DNA of 64,000 bases from Nitrospirota bacterium (GCA_021816465.1 JAKAYF010000001.1:14341-78340); one strand, 5' to 3'. Positions 1 to 10,992 are shown, counted from the first letter of the stretch. Numbers and translations are program-made. Notes: generated by a model not told the origin, from the letters alone.

Positions 1-364
1 TGACCGGATTGTCATTATTGGATTTTCTGCCAGTCCGGGCATTGTATTACATGAAGATCGCTAACTCCAAGCAAGGGTCTGTGCAACATGTCTTATGTGA
101 AAGTTGCAAAGTGAAAGGTCTAGGATGTAGGATTGGAGACCTTTGGGTTATTGCCCTGGGTACAAAAAAGTAGCGTGAATTTGCTCCGTTAGTGTATAAA
201 GCGTATATGTGTTGGAGTTTTTTGGATAGCATCATGCATTCTGGCCTCTGCCGGCATGCATGATGCGGTGCATGCGGTGCTGCCCCGATGGTGGCAGTAA
301 AAATTCGCTATTGCATGGTGTGTAACCCTGAACATAATTTATATTGTCAAGGAGGATCCTGGTT

Positions 365-619
365 ATGTCTTTAAAGATCGAAGACAACTGTATTTCTTGT
401 GGTGCATGCATTCCTGAGTGTCCAAACGATGCAATCAGTGAAGGGGATCCCGTATATATCATCGATCCCGAGCTCTGCACCGAGTGTGTCGGTTTCCATG
501 AGGATCCCCAGTGTGCCGCTGTTTGCCCCATTGATGAGTGCTGTATCCTGGACCCCGAATATGTGGAAACCCAGGAAGAGCTTCTTGCAAAGAAAGATCG
601 GATTCATCCGAACGGCTGA
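365..619 (+). CDS. 2x[4Fe-4S] ferredoxin, YfhL-like
   Basis: CISCGACIPECP and CTECVGFHEDPQCAAVCP motifs; GGAGG RBS before ATG 365. Confidence 0.92.
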   Translation: MSLKIEDNCISCGACIPECPNDAISEGDPVYIIDPELCTECVGFHEDPQCAAVCPIDECCILDPEYVETQEELLAKKDRIHPNG

Positions 620-684
620 TTCTTCCTTCCTGCGGGAAGGTGTCGTTGCAGTCCGATCCTGACAAAAGGAGAGGAGTTCGTAAC

Positions 685-2589
685 GTGAAGAAGAAATTTG
701 TTCTTATTGAACCAAAGTCGTCGCATCTCCATGTTTACAGCCAGTTTGCCATCCCGAGGCTCGGCGTGATCTTGCTGGGAACCATGCTTCGGGATATCGG
801 CTGGGATGTAAAGGTTTTTATTGAAGATATCGCACCAATCGACATGGCGGAGGTATTCTCCGCCGATGTCGTCGGAATCTCGCTCCTGACGTCTACTGCC
901 CCACAGTCTTACCGTCTGGCAGATGCCGTCAGAAGTACGGGAATTCCCGTTGTTTTGGGCGGGACACATGTGACATTTCTTCCGGACGAGGCGCTGGACC
1001 ATGCAGATTTCGTCGTCAGGGGAGAAGGCGAAGAGTCACTGTTTGAGCTGATAAGTGCAATGAACTGGGGGCCATGGAAATCGTCTGCTCCGGGGAATGA
1101 GGGGCAGGCTCCCTTTGTCCTTTCAGATATCAAAGGTTTGTCTTATTGGAAGAATGGGCGGAAGGCCCATAATCCGGACAGGCCTCTCAAGGAAGATCTG
1201 GACTCCAATCCCATTCCTGATTACGGATTGGTGCACGGGTGGAAGAATGGCGGGCTGATCTCGATAGCGACTTCCCGTGGTTGCCCTTTTACCTGTTCGT
1301 TTTGTTCTGTTCCGGGGATGTATGGCCACGGAATGAGAATGCACTCGATCGATCGGGTCCTTGACGAAATTCGGGTGAACAAGCCGAAGTACATATTCTT
1401 CGCTGATGATCTTTTCTCGGCGAACCGCAAGAGGACCAAGGACCTTTTGCGAAGGATGATAGAAGAGGGGCTTACCCCGCAGTGGGGTGCCCAGGTTCGC
1501 ATAGAAACGGCATTTGATCCCGAACTGCTTGAACTGTTCAAGGCAAGTAACTGCTTTAACGTATTTGTCGGGTTTGAGTCGATCAATCCCAAAACGCTTG
1601 ACCTGTTCAACAAGCGTCAGACATATGAAAAGATCGTGTCTTCGATCCAGAAGTTCAAGGAGGCAGGCATCCGCATTCACGGAATGTTTGTCGTCGGGTC
1701 TGACTTCGACGATCGTGAGACGATTATCGAAACAGCGAGATTTGCCGAAAAGTGGGGGATGGAGTCCATCCAGCTGATGATTCTGACTCCATTGCCGGGT
1801 TCGCCGGACTATGACCGGCTTTATGCAACCGGAGCCCGGGAGCTTTTGACTAAGGACTGGAGCTTGTACGATGGCCATCATGTTGTCTATCGTCCAAGAA
1901 ACATGACCGCATATGAACTGAACAAGTCGGCAATTGACGGAATGGTCAGCTTTTACTCGTGGAAGACCATCTTTCGCTCGTTGATGCGGATGGATATTTC
2001 TTCTGTGATCATCCAGTACGGGGCGAACCGGCTTCTTAGCCGTTGGAAGGCCGAGAATCAATACTGGCTCGATGGTCTCAGGGATGACCTCTACCGGAAA
2101 TCCCGCGAGATCCAGCGAAACTCTTCCGGTGGGCTCAAGTACTCTGTTGCTGTTCCCCGCTTTCTGCTCGAAACGGAATATGGGCGGCAGATTAACGCTG
2201 TTCTGTCCGAACTGGGATTGAATGTTATTCCGTTCGGTGATCTCTCCGATTCCGCTCCTTCGCCTCTGGAATGGTTGAAAGGGAAAGTGGACTGTGTGAT
2301 CATTCCCGCCATGGAAAAAGCCCGCCAGGGGGAAGAAGTTTTTTTTGAACGCATTCAGGGACTCAGGAAGTCCTTGACAGATCAGGGTTTGAATCCACCA
2401 ACCCTGGTCCAGTTATTCCTGGATCGTCAGGACGGATCGTTTTACTCGTCCATCGCCCAGATCGGGGTTCTTGTGAGCAAGGATCTTGATCGGGTCCATA
2501 AAGCCATGCGTGGCATGTTGCCGACCTTGTCTGCTGATGCGATTCCTCTTCAGACAGTGGAGGCCAAACCGGTAATTATCCGGTCCTAG
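685..2589 (+). CDS. Cobalamin-binding radical SAM protein with extra C-terminal domain
   Basis: B12-binding segment (VVLGGTHVT...VVRGEGE), SRGCPFTCSFC motif, GFES; GTG start at 685 after GAGGAG. Confidence 0.88.
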   Translation: MKKKFVLIEPKSSHLHVYSQFAIPRLGVILLGTMLRDIGWDVKVFIEDIAPIDMAEVFSADVVGISLLTSTAPQSYRLADAVRSTGIPVVLGGTHVTFLPDEALDHADFVVRGEGEESLFELISAMNWGPWKSSAPGNEGQAPFVLSDIKGLSYWKNGRKAHNPDRPLKEDLDSNPIPDYGLVHGWKNGGLISIATSRGCPFTCSFCSVPGMYGHGMRMHSIDRVLDEIRVNKPKYIFFADDLFSANRKRTKDLLRRMIEEGLTPQWGAQVRIETAFDPELLELFKASNCFNVFVGFESINPKTLDLFNKRQTYEKIVSSIQKFKEAGIRIHGMFVVGSDFDDRETIIETARFAEKWGMESIQLMILTPLPGSPDYDRLYATGARELLTKDWSLYDGHHVVYRPRNMTAYELNKSAIDGMVSFYSWKTIFRSLMRMDISSVIIQYGANRLLSRWKAENQYWLDGLRDDLYRKSREIQRNSSGGLKYSVAVPRFLLETEYGRQINAVLSELGLNVIPFGDLSDSAPSPLEWLKGKVDCVIIPAMEKARQGEEVFFERIQGLRKSLTDQGLNPPTLVQLFLDRQDGSFYSSIAQIGVLVSKDLDRVHKAMRGMLPTLSADAIPLQTVEAKPVIIRS

Positions 2590-2617
2590 GGGGCCGGAAC
2601 AGGAGGTTTTTAAAGCC

Positions 2618-3064
2618 GTGATTCAGAAGACAACGCGGATCGCCGACCCTGAAGAGGTCGGCCAGAAAAAATGGTATCTTCTCGATGCAACAGGGAAGAC
2701 AGTTGGAAAACTGAGCGTTGAAGCCGCTCGGATCCTTCGTGGAAAAGGTAAGGTTTGCTATACCCCACATCAGGACCTTGGGGATTATGTGGTGGTTGTG
2801 AACGCTTCCAAGATTGCCCTCACAGGACAGAAGTGGGCAGACAAAATGTATTATCGCCACAGCGGTTATCCTGGCGGTTTCAGGGAGACCACTGCCGGTG
2901 AGATGCGGGAGCGCAAGCCCGAGTATATTCTTAGCCATGCTGTAAAGGGCATGCTTCCAAAAAACAAGCTGGCCAAGGTTTACATGACCAGACTTCGGAT
3001 TTTCCCAGGACCTGAGCATCAGCATGCGGCCCAGTCACCTGTAACAGTCCAGACAGGAGTTTAG
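2618..3064 (+). CDS. rplM: 50S ribosomal protein L13
   Basis: [36 protein letters not shown]. Confidence 0.98.
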   Translation: MIQKTTRIADPEEVGQKKWYLLDATGKTVGKLSVEAARILRGKGKVCYTPHQDLGDYVVVVNASKIALTGQKWADKMYYRHSGYPGGFRETTAGEMRERKPEYILSHAVKGMLPKNKLAKVYMTRLRIFPGPEHQHAAQSPVTVQTGV

Positions 3065-3065
3065 T

Positions 3066-3497
3066 ATGGAGCGGGAACACAAGGAACGTGAAAGCAAGGA
3101 CCAGATGGATGAAGGTCGCGGAAATGCCACTGGAAAGCGCAAATGCGCGATCGCTAGGGTCCGGATACAGGCCGGTAGCGGGAATATCCTGATCAACGAT
3201 CGTCCGCTCGAGGAATATTTTCCCCGGCTCCTCTGGTCAAATCAGGTTAAGGCACCCCTTGAGATTACCCAGATGGGTGGCAAGCTCGATATTTTTGCCA
3301 GAGTGAGCGGTGGTGGCTTGACCGGTCAGGCGGAGGCTCTCCGTCATGGAATTTCCAGGGCTCTTCTTGAAATCAATCCCGAACTCCGGGAGGCTCTTAA
3401 AAAAGAAGGCTTCCTGACCCGCGATGCCCGTATCAAGGAGCGCAAAAAATACGGACAAAAGGGTGCAAGAAAACGCTTCCAGTTTTCGAAGAGATAG
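3066..3497 (+). CDS. rpsI: 30S ribosomal protein S9
   Basis: [21 protein letters not shown]-terminal [19 protein letters not shown]. Confidence 0.98.
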   Translation: MEREHKERESKDQMDEGRGNATGKRKCAIARVRIQAGSGNILINDRPLEEYFPRLLWSNQVKAPLEITQMGGKLDIFARVSGGGLTGQAEALRHGISRALLEINPELREALKKEGFLTRDARIKERKKYGQKGARKRFQFSKR

Positions 3498-3535
3498 TAT
3501 CTGTTCCAAGAAATATATTCTCTTGGTATTTTTTG

Positions 3536-3566
3536 AAAGGGGAGGTGAAAACCTCCCCTTTTTTTT
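3536..3566 (+). terminator. Rho-independent terminator after rplM-rpsI
   Basis: Stem AAAGGGGAGGT / ACCTCCCCTTT with GAAA loop, followed by a T run. Confidence 0.85.
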
Positions 3567-3581
3567 GCTGAAGAGGTGCTG

Positions 3582-4613
3582 ATGTCAAAGAAAGTAAGCG
3601 TGGGTATCGCCGGGGCATCCGGTTACGGAGGCGGAGAGCTGCTTCGTCTTCTGATGGGGCACCCGAAGGTTTCAGTCAGAAGACTGAGTGCCGAATCGAA
3701 TGCCGGAGAGCGTCTGTCTTCCCTGTTTCCCCATTTGCCGGACTTTGGAATATTTGAAAAAACGTCTGATGTTTCCTCCTGGAATGATCTGGATATCCTC
3801 TTTACAGCCCTTCCGGCAGGAATGTCGTCCCGAATTGTCTCGACGCTTCCAAGGCCGCATCCTGTCGTGATTGATCTCGGTCCGGATTACCGATTCTCCG
3901 ATCCTGACGATTTCAGGAGGGTGTACCGTATGGACCATGGAGCTCCGGAAACTCTGCCCATGTCTTCCTATGGACTTGTGGAATGGAGTAGGGAATCGAT
4001 TGCATCATCCCGCTACATCGGGAGTCCGGGGTGTTTTCCGACTGGAGCGCTGCTGGGCATTCTTCCTTTTCTGAAAGCGGGTTTTCTGGGAAAGACGCCG
4101 CTGATCGTGGACGGGAAATCAGGTGTATCCGGAGCTGGCAGAGGTCTGACGATTGATACGCATTTTCCGGAAATAGCAGAAGGTATGAAGGCCTACAAGC
4201 CTCTCCTGCACCGACATGTTCCGGAAATGGAACATGCGATGAAAATTGTTTCGGGCGAATCGGTCAATGTCGTTTTTGTGCCGCATCTCATTCCGGTGAA
4301 CAGGGGATTAATCTCGACCATCTATCTCCCGCTTTTAAGCCATGTGACAGCCGGGATGGTCACATCCCTCCTTCTGGAGTATGAAAAACAAAATCCCTTT
4401 GTCAGGATTGTTGACAGTCCTCCGAGTTCCGCGCATGTCCGGGGTACCAACAGGGTAGATATTCATGCTGCGATGGGCAAAGAACTGGTGGTTGTGATGA
4501 CGGCAATTGACAATCTGGTCAAGGGGGCTGCCGGCCAGGCCATTCAATCGATGAACCTCGTCATCGGGGAAGATGAGACATTGGGATTGCCTGTTTGGGG
4601 TTATTATCCATAG
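3582..4613 (+). CDS. argC: N-acetyl-gamma-glutamyl-phosphate reductase
   Basis: GASGYGGGEL, PGCFPT, SGVSGAG, IDNLVKGAAGQAIQ. Confidence 0.96.
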   Translation: MSKKVSVGIAGASGYGGGELLRLLMGHPKVSVRRLSAESNAGERLSSLFPHLPDFGIFEKTSDVSSWNDLDILFTALPAGMSSRIVSTLPRPHPVVIDLGPDYRFSDPDDFRRVYRMDHGAPETLPMSSYGLVEWSRESIASSRYIGSPGCFPTGALLGILPFLKAGFLGKTPLIVDGKSGVSGAGRGLTIDTHFPEIAEGMKAYKPLLHRHVPEMEHAMKIVSGESVNVVFVPHLIPVNRGLISTIYLPLLSHVTAGMVTSLLLEYEKQNPFVRIVDSPPSSAHVRGTNRVDIHAAMGKELVVVMTAIDNLVKGAAGQAIQSMNLVIGEDETLGLPVWGYYP

Positions 4614-4633
4614 GAAAACTGGAGAGAGATCTG

Positions 4634-5848
4634 ATGGCAAAAAAAGAACGTGGTGGAGTCACTTTTCCTGAAGGTTTTCTGGCCGCAGGAATTCATGCCG
4701 GCATCAAGAAAAAGGGTGCACTGGATCTTGGCCTTCTTGTCTCGGAGAAGGATTCCCTGATTGTGGGAATGTTTACGACAAACAAGATGAAGGCCCCTCC
4801 CGTGCAGATCTCCCAGAGAAGGGCCCGGAGGGGTGTTGCGATGGGAATTGTCGTCAATAGCGGAAATGCTAATGCCTGTACCGGTGATCAGGGAATGGCC
4901 GATGCCATGCTGTTGACAGAAAAAGTGGGTCACTATATGGGGTGTTCGGCGCAGAAAATTCTGCCGGCATCGACCGGGGTCATTGGAAGGCCATTGCCGA
5001 TGGCTCCCATCCTGGAATCTCTTCCCTCATTGGCAGCAAAACTTTCCCCCAAAGGTGATACTGATTTTTCAAAAGCGATCATGACGACCGATACCTATCC
5101 GAAGTCCGCCCAGAAAGAGGTCACGATCGGAGGGGAGGTGGTCAGAATAGGAGGAGCGGCCAAAGGGGTTGGGATGATCCATCCCAACATGGCTACGATG
5201 CTTGTTTTTATGACGACGGATGCAGTTATCGAAAAAGAGGCACTCAGGGCATCTCTCCATCAGGTCGTGGAGGATCAGTTTCATACGCTGTCAGTCGATG
5301 GAGATACCAGCACCAATGACAGTGTATACCTGATGGCCAACCAGATGGCAAAAAATCCTTTGATCACCAAGGGGTCACAGCTCCATCGGGAATTTACCCA
5401 GGCATTGATGGAGGTGGCCTCCGAGCTTCGCGTGCTTCTTTTGAAGGATGCGGAGGGGGCGACAAAGTTTCTGCATATTGTGATTCAGGGTGCGCGCTCC
5501 AAAGGGGATGCAAAAAAAATCGCCTCGACGATTGCGAGAAGCCTGCTGGTGAAAACCGCATTCTATGGGGAAGACGTGAACTGGGGGCGGATTATGGCGG
5601 CGATTGGAAATGCCGGGGTTCCGGTCCGGTCGGAAAAGGTTTCTGTTGCGCTGGGGGATGTTGCCCTGGTGGACCATGGTATCGGTCTTGGCGATGGTCA
5701 GGAGGAAAAAGCGATGGAAGTGTTGAAAAAATCCGATATTACAGTGACAGTGCATCTTGGAATGGGGCAGATGACAGCGGAATACTGGACCACAGACCTG
5801 TCATACGAATATGTGAGAATCAATGCCGGCTATAAAGGGAGGACCTGA
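4634..5848 (+). CDS. argJ: Ornithine acetyltransferase
   Basis: NSGNANACTG, STGVIG, IMTTDT, GMIHPNMATML, DGDTSTND. Confidence 0.97.
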   Translation: MAKKERGGVTFPEGFLAAGIHAGIKKKGALDLGLLVSEKDSLIVGMFTTNKMKAPPVQISQRRARRGVAMGIVVNSGNANACTGDQGMADAMLLTEKVGHYMGCSAQKILPASTGVIGRPLPMAPILESLPSLAAKLSPKGDTDFSKAIMTTDTYPKSAQKEVTIGGEVVRIGGAAKGVGMIHPNMATMLVFMTTDAVIEKEALRASLHQVVEDQFHTLSVDGDTSTNDSVYLMANQMAKNPLITKGSQLHREFTQALMEVASELRVLLLKDAEGATKFLHIVIQGARSKGDAKKIASTIARSLLVKTAFYGEDVNWGRIMAAIGNAGVPVRSEKVSVALGDVALVDHGIGLGDGQEEKAMEVLKKSDITVTVHLGMGQMTAEYWTTDLSYEYVRINAGYKGRT

Positions 5849-5897
5849 TCTCCGGGATGGGGGCAGAAATAAACTCTACCTTGAAATAGTTCGTATG

Positions 5898-5927
5898 TTG
5901 ACTAGTTGTTTGCATGTTGGCTAGGAT
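5898..5927 (+). promoter_or_regulatory. Candidate sigma70 promoter for the rpsB operon
   Basis: TTGACT-N18-TAGGAT about 295 nt upstream of rpsB. Confidence 0.35.
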
Positions 5928-6104
5928 GGTCCATTCCATTGATTCGTCCCCGGATGCTGTTTGATTTTCATGGTGGTTTTGTCGGACAATGAAAAGATGC
6001 CTTCCTCATTATCCGACGCGATACAGAGGGCGGGGCCGTACAGAGATGCAACAGTAAATCGGTATTTCCAGAACCATGGGACGTCCTTTCCCGGCTTTTT
6101 TTCA

Positions 6105-6215
6105 GGAGCCAGCCGGCGTCTTCGGGGTCCTGTTGGTCATTGATCGTGCAGATGGCATCTCGGCACATTGACAACGGGTATCGGTTCTGGTCAGAACCCC
6201 AAAAATTGAAGAGGA
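6105..6215 (+). ncRNA. Candidate S2-responsive rpsB leader (t44-like)
   Basis: GGGGT at about 6124 and ACCCC at about 6196 could pair; hairpin GGTTCT-ggtc-AGAACC; lies directly 5' of rpsB. Confidence 0.4.
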
Positions 6216-6222
6216 GTTTCAG

Positions 6223-6978
6223 ATGACAGAAACAACAATCAAGGAAATGCTCGAGTCAGGTGTTCATTTCGGCCATCAGACCAAACGATGGAATCCGAAA
6301 ATGAAACGGTTTATCTATGGCGAACGAAACGGGATCTATATCCTGGATCTTCAGCAGACCGCCAAACGATTCAAGGCTGCCAAGGATTTTATCCGAAACC
6401 TGGTCAAGGACAAGAAGTCGGTCCTTTTTGTCGGGACAAAGCGGCAGGCTCAGCCCATCATCCAGCAGGAAGCTGATCGTTGCGGGATGTATTATGTCAC
6501 CGAAAGGTGGTTGGGCGGCATGCTGACCAACCTGCAGACGGTCAGGAAGTCCGTTGATCGTCTGAACAAGATCGAGTCCATGATCGAGGCCGGTGAGATC
6601 GCCCGTCTACCCAAAAAAGAAGTGGCAATCCTCGACAAGGAACATCGGAAACTTTTGGCCATCCTTTCCGGAATTCGCGGCATGAACCGTCTTCCTGGAG
6701 CCATCTTTGTTGTTGATCCTAAAAAAGAACACATTGCGATCCATGAGGCTAATCGTCTCGGTATTCCGGTTATTGCAATGGTCGACAGCAACTGTGATCC
6801 TGACCTGATCCAGTTTCCTGTTCCTGCCAATGATGATGCAATCAGGTCGATCCGGTTGATGACCGCTGGAATCGCAGACGCAGTCCTTTCCGGGGCCTTG
6901 TCTGGCCAGGCCGCTCCTGTGAGTTTTTCTGAGCCTGAAGCAGTGAAAGAGTCTGATTCCCAGGCCTCGGAGGCATAA
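6223..6978 (+). CDS. rpsB: 30S ribosomal protein S2
   Basis: [33 protein letters not shown]. Confidence 0.98.
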   Translation: MTETTIKEMLESGVHFGHQTKRWNPKMKRFIYGERNGIYILDLQQTAKRFKAAKDFIRNLVKDKKSVLFVGTKRQAQPIIQQEADRCGMYYVTERWLGGMLTNLQTVRKSVDRLNKIESMIEAGEIARLPKKEVAILDKEHRKLLAILSGIRGMNRLPGAIFVVDPKKEHIAIHEANRLGIPVIAMVDSNCDPDLIQFPVPANDDAIRSIRLMTAGIADAVLSGALSGQAAPVSFSEPEAVKESDSQASEA

Positions 6979-7068
6979 GCCCCTTTTTTACAAGATCTTC
7001 CTTTGTCCACCTGAGAGACCATCCTTGTGGAAGGGAAATCCCCTTCCACAACAATCAAGGAGTTGTTC

Positions 7069-7665
7069 TTGGAGATATCTGCACAGTTAGTCAAAGAGTT
7101 GAGAGACAAAACCCAGGCTGGATTCATGGAGTGCCGCAAGGCACTGGCCGATGCTGGCGGTGATATGGAAAAAGCCTTCGGAATACTGAAGCAAAAAGGC
7201 TCCCTTCATGCCCAAAAGAAATCCGACAGGGAAACGTCGGAGGGACTGGTTTCGTCCTATATCCATGCGGGAAGCAAGATCGGTGTCCTGATCGAAGTGA
7301 ACTGTGAAACCGATTTTGTGGCCAGAACTGAAGACTTCAAGACCTTGACGAAGGATCTTGCAATGCACATTGCTGCGGCGTCTCCCAAAGTGGTTGACCG
7401 GAAAGATATGGACGAGAAAATCATTGCTGAAGCCCGGGAGCGATTTCTGGAAGAAGCCAAGGACAAGCCTGAAAATGTCAGGGCCAAGATTGTTGAGGGC
7501 AAACTCGACAAGTTCCTTCAGGAGTCCTGTCTTCTTGAGCAGGCTTACGTCAAGGATCCTGGTATTACAGTCAAGGATCTTGTAAATGCCGCCATTGCCA
7601 AGCTGGGTGAGAACGTCATCGTGAACCGATTTGTGCGTTATCAGATCGGGGAGACAAACGGATGA
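7069..7665 (+). CDS. tsf: Elongation factor Ts (short form)
   Basis: [18 protein letters not shown]; TTG start after AAGGAG. Confidence 0.96.
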   Translation: MEISAQLVKELRDKTQAGFMECRKALADAGGDMEKAFGILKQKGSLHAQKKSDRETSEGLVSSYIHAGSKIGVLIEVNCETDFVARTEDFKTLTKDLAMHIAAASPKVVDRKDMDEKIIAEARERFLEEAKDKPENVRAKIVEGKLDKFLQESCLLEQAYVKDPGITVKDLVNAAIAKLGENVIVNRFVRYQIGETNG

Positions 7666-8372
7666 GTGAAGGGTACCGGAGGGTCCTTTTGAAGCTCTCC
7701 GGGGAAGCCCTCATGGGTGACCTGTCTTTCGGGATAGATCCCGATGTTATGGATCGGATTGCCGGTGAGGTTCAGGAGCTTTCCCGTCTGGGCAAAGAAA
7801 TTGGCATTGTTATAGGGGGTGGAAACTTTTTTCGCGGTCTTTCCGGTATCCAGCAGGGAATTGACAGGGCCTCCGCCGATTACATGGGAATGCTTTCTAC
7901 CGTCCTGAACAGCCTTGCTCTTCAGTCGAGCCTTGAACGTAAGGGAGTTTCGACAAGAGTTCTGTCCGCAATAGAAATGAGGGCCCTTGCCGAGCCCTAT
8001 ATCAGAAGGCGGGCCGTCAGGCATCTCGAAAAGGGCAGAGTTGTCATTTTTGCCGCAGGAACCGGTAACCCCTATTTTACGACAGATACGGCTGCGGCAC
8101 TTCGCGCGATGGAAATCGGTGCAGAGGTTGTCCTTAAAGCGACCAAAGTTGACGGAATCTATTCGGATGACCCCAAGAAGAACAAGGATGCGACACGGTA
8201 TGTTGAACTGACCTATGGTGAGGTTCTTGAAAAAAGACTGAAGGTCATGGATGCAACAGCGGTCAGCCTTTGCATGGACAATAACCTTCCAATCATTGTT
8301 TTTGATCTGACGGAGGATCGAAATATTGTGAGGGTTGTTCAGGGAGAGCAGCTGGGAACGCTTGTGCGTTGA
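7662..8372 (+). CDS. pyrH: Uridylate kinase
   Basis: [31 protein letters not shown]. Confidence 0.98.
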   Translation: MSEGYRRVLLKLSGEALMGDLSFGIDPDVMDRIAGEVQELSRLGKEIGIVIGGGNFFRGLSGIQQGIDRASADYMGMLSTVLNSLALQSSLERKGVSTRVLSAIEMRALAEPYIRRRAVRHLEKGRVVIFAAGTGNPYFTTDTAAALRAMEIGAEVVLKATKVDGIYSDDPKKNKDATRYVELTYGEVLEKRLKVMDATAVSLCMDNNLPIIVFDLTEDRNIVRVVQGEQLGTLVR

Positions 8373-8409
8373 GATGTTTTTGTTTCGGGTTTCTTTAATT
8401 TGAGGGTGA

Positions 8410-8970
8410 ATGAATATGGACAGTGAGCTCAAGGGATATCAGGGACCTCTCGATCAGGCGGTTGAGTTTTTCAGGAAGGACATCCAGAGCCTCCGGACAG
8501 GGCGTCCTTCTCTTTCTCTGTTTGAGAATGTCAAGGTTTCTTATTATGGAAACATGACGCCCCTGGACAAAATCGCAACGCTTAATATCGTTGAAAACCG
8601 GATTGTTACCATCACGCCATGGGAAATAAAGCTTGTTCCGGAAATCGAGAAGGCCATCATGGCCGCCAACATGGGCTTTACTCCCCAGAGTGACGGGAAG
8701 ATGATCCGCATCGTCATGCCTGCAATGACAGAGGATCGCCGGAAGGAATTGGTCAAACACTTGAAGAAAATGGCCGAAGAAGCCAAGATCGCCCTTCGCA
8801 ACATTCGCAAGGAAGCAAATGATGACCTGAAGAAGAAAAAGTCTGAAGGATTGATTCCTGAAGATCGTTTAAAAAAACTCCAGGACGAGCTTCAGAAAAT
8901 GATTGATCAGTCTGTTGCCAGGGTGGATGATTTTTCGCACAAGAAAGAGCAGGAAATTCTGACCACATAA
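8410..8970 (+). CDS. frr: Ribosome recycling factor
   Basis: LRTGR, TEDRRKELVK, RNIR; conserved position after pyrH. Confidence 0.97.
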   Translation: MNMDSELKGYQGPLDQAVEFFRKDIQSLRTGRPSLSLFENVKVSYYGNMTPLDKIATLNIVENRIVTITPWEIKLVPEIEKAIMAANMGFTPQSDGKMIRIVMPAMTEDRRKELVKHLKKMAEEAKIALRNIRKEANDDLKKKKSEGLIPEDRLKKLQDELQKMIDQSVARVDDFSHKKEQEILTT

Positions 8971-8990
8971 TCGAGGTCTTCCCGCCAATC

Positions 8991-10226
8991 ATGTCTTCTT
9001 GCCAAACAGGTCAACAAAACTTGAAATCCGAGCCTCCCTCCCAGATCATTGAAAAAAGTCGGGTTCTCATTGATCTGGGAATGATCATATCCAACCTGAA
9101 AACCATTCGGCGCCATCTGGGACCCGGGACAGGTATTTTGCCTGTGGTGAAGTCCGATGCTTATGGTCACGGCATGGTCAGGGTTTCCCGGGCTCTTTCG
9201 AGGGAAGCCTCTGAAGGTTTGGCTGTTATGTCTCCGGGAGAGGGCATGGCACTTCGCCATGAGGGAATAAATGGCCGGATTGTTCTCATGTCGGGTTTTT
9301 TGCCCGGGGAATGGGAATCAGTTGTTGCTTCCCGATTGACGCCTGTCCTTCATCATCTTGACCAGGTCGGATCGATCCCCCAAAAAGAGGTCTCCAGGAA
9401 GGTTCCGGTTCATCTGAAGTTTGATACCGGGATGGGGCGGCTCGGATTTTTGCCAGGCCAGGTATCGGAGCTGATTTCTCTCTTGAAAAATCGTCCGGAG
9501 CTGGAGATCGAAGGTATTATGACGCACTTTGCCTCAGGAGAGGACTTGCCAGGAACGATTGAGGCCTGGAAAAAACTTTCCCGACCCATGATGGAGCTTG
9601 AGAGGGAAGGTCTTCTGCCGTCAAATGTTGTGGTTCATGCGGGCAATAGCGCTGCAATCCTGTCCGGAGGGTGGCAAAACCATCTCGACGGATTGACTCC
9701 TGGGCTGAAAAAAAGGATGCGACTCTGGGTCAGGCCAGGCCTTCTTCTTTATGGATTTGAAGGAGAAAGCAGGGATAATCATCTGGACCTGACCGGCTGC
9801 ATGAAGGTTGAGTCCCGCCTTCTTTCTGTCCGGAATCTCCCCCGGGGTTCAGGTATTTCTTACGGATCAACGGTTCGCCTCCAGGAGGATACAACCGTAG
9901 GGGTCGTGGGAATGGGGTATGCGGATGGTCTTCCCAGACTTCTTTCAAACCGGGGCTGGGGCTATGCCCAGGGGCGGTGTTTGCCATTTTTGGGGCGTGT
10001 CTGCATGGACATGGTCATGGTCGACCTCGGAAAGGGAGGGGGACATCGCATCGGTGACTGGATCACAATCCTTGGCAACGGAAAAACAGGAGCGATGACA
10101 GCAGCGGATGTTGCCGGGATCTCCGGAACGATTCCTTATGAAATCTTGTGTCTCCTGGGGAGACGATCCCCGCGATTCTATCATGAAGACCCAATGACGG
10201 AGATACCAATTCATGAGGATCCTTGA
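8991..10226 (+). CDS. alr: Alanine racemase
   Basis: VVKSDAYGHG, HLKFDTGMGRLG, GYADG, GRVCMD, TIPYE; start uncertain. Confidence 0.94.
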   Translation: MSSCQTGQQNLKSEPPSQIIEKSRVLIDLGMIISNLKTIRRHLGPGTGILPVVKSDAYGHGMVRVSRALSREASEGLAVMSPGEGMALRHEGINGRIVLMSGFLPGEWESVVASRLTPVLHHLDQVGSIPQKEVSRKVPVHLKFDTGMGRLGFLPGQVSELISLLKNRPELEIEGIMTHFASGEDLPGTIEAWKKLSRPMMELEREGLLPSNVVVHAGNSAAILSGGWQNHLDGLTPGLKKRMRLWVRPGLLLYGFEGESRDNHLDLTGCMKVESRLLSVRNLPRGSGISYGSTVRLQEDTTVGVVGMGYADGLPRLLSNRGWGYAQGRCLPFLGRVCMDMVMVDLGKGGGHRIGDWITILGNGKTGAMTAADVAGISGTIPYEILCLLGRRSPRFYHEDPMTEIPIHEDP

Positions 10227-10980
10227 CTGGATAGGAAAGCGGTTTTTAAGGCTGTTTACATTTTTTGGACTTTTGACCTCTTCGGCAACCCTTTCTTTTG
10301 GAGGACTCTTTCGCCCTGCTTTCAAGGTGAAAAACTACCTGATCGAACTTGTGCGGGTCGGTGCAGACTCGTCCCTTGTTGTCATTGTGACAGCGTTTTT
10401 TACAGGAATGGTGCTTGCGCTCCAGGCCTGGATCGGGTTCCGGCGATTTAATGCCGAGAGTCTTGTGGGCGCGGTCGTATCTCTCTCGATGACACGGGAA
10501 TTGGGTCCTGTGATAACAGGCCTGATGGTCGCAGGAAGATCCGGCTCTGCCATGGCTGCTGAGCTTGGGACGATGCGGGTTACGGAGCAGATCGATGCTT
10601 TTACGAGCCTTGCTGTGAACCCGCAGACATACCTGATGACTCCAAGAGTTTTTGCCGGTTTGACAGCACTGCCTCTTTTGACCGCCCTTGCGGATCTGGT
10701 CGGAATTGCCGGCGGGTATTTTGTGGCGGTGATCCTTCTCGGTCTTCCCCATAATTCTTATGTGAGGGGAATCGCCGAGTATGTCAATCTTCATGACTTT
10801 TATTCCGGTCTGGTCAAAAGCGCTGTTTTTGGCGGATTGCTTTCCCTCCTTTCCTGCCATATGGGGTTTTATGCATCAGGAGGAGCTGCGGGCGTTGGTC
10901 GATCAGTTACCGTTGCTGTCGTGGCATCATCTATGGCGATCCTGGTGAGTGATTACTTTCTGACATCATGGTTGTACTAG
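10213..10980 (+). CDS. mlaE: MlaE family ABC permease
   Basis: RELGPV, AELGTMRVTEQIDA. Confidence 0.94.
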   Translation: MRILDWIGKRFLRLFTFFGLLTSSATLSFGGLFRPAFKVKNYLIELVRVGADSSLVVIVTAFFTGMVLALQAWIGFRRFNAESLVGAVVSLSMTRELGPVITGLMVAGRSGSAMAAELGTMRVTEQIDAFTSLAVNPQTYLMTPRVFAGLTALPLLTALADLVGIAGGYFVAVILLGLPHNSYVRGIAEYVNLHDFYSGLVKSAVFGGLLSLLSCHMGFYASGGAAGVGRSVTVAVVASSMAILVSDYFLTSWLY

Positions 10981-10992
10981 AAGGCGCTCAAC

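Noticed and set aside
228-320. Cluster of ATGCA/TGCAT words upstream of the ferredoxin
   Set aside because: Irregular spacing and no consistent repeat unit or operator consensus.
1123-2061. 312-aa minus-strand ORF, and similar long antisense ORFs (13446-14360, 21628-22431, 44522-45445, 56973-57860, 60352-61179)
   Set aside because: They lie opposite well-supported genes and have no recognisable motifs; they are antisense shadows.
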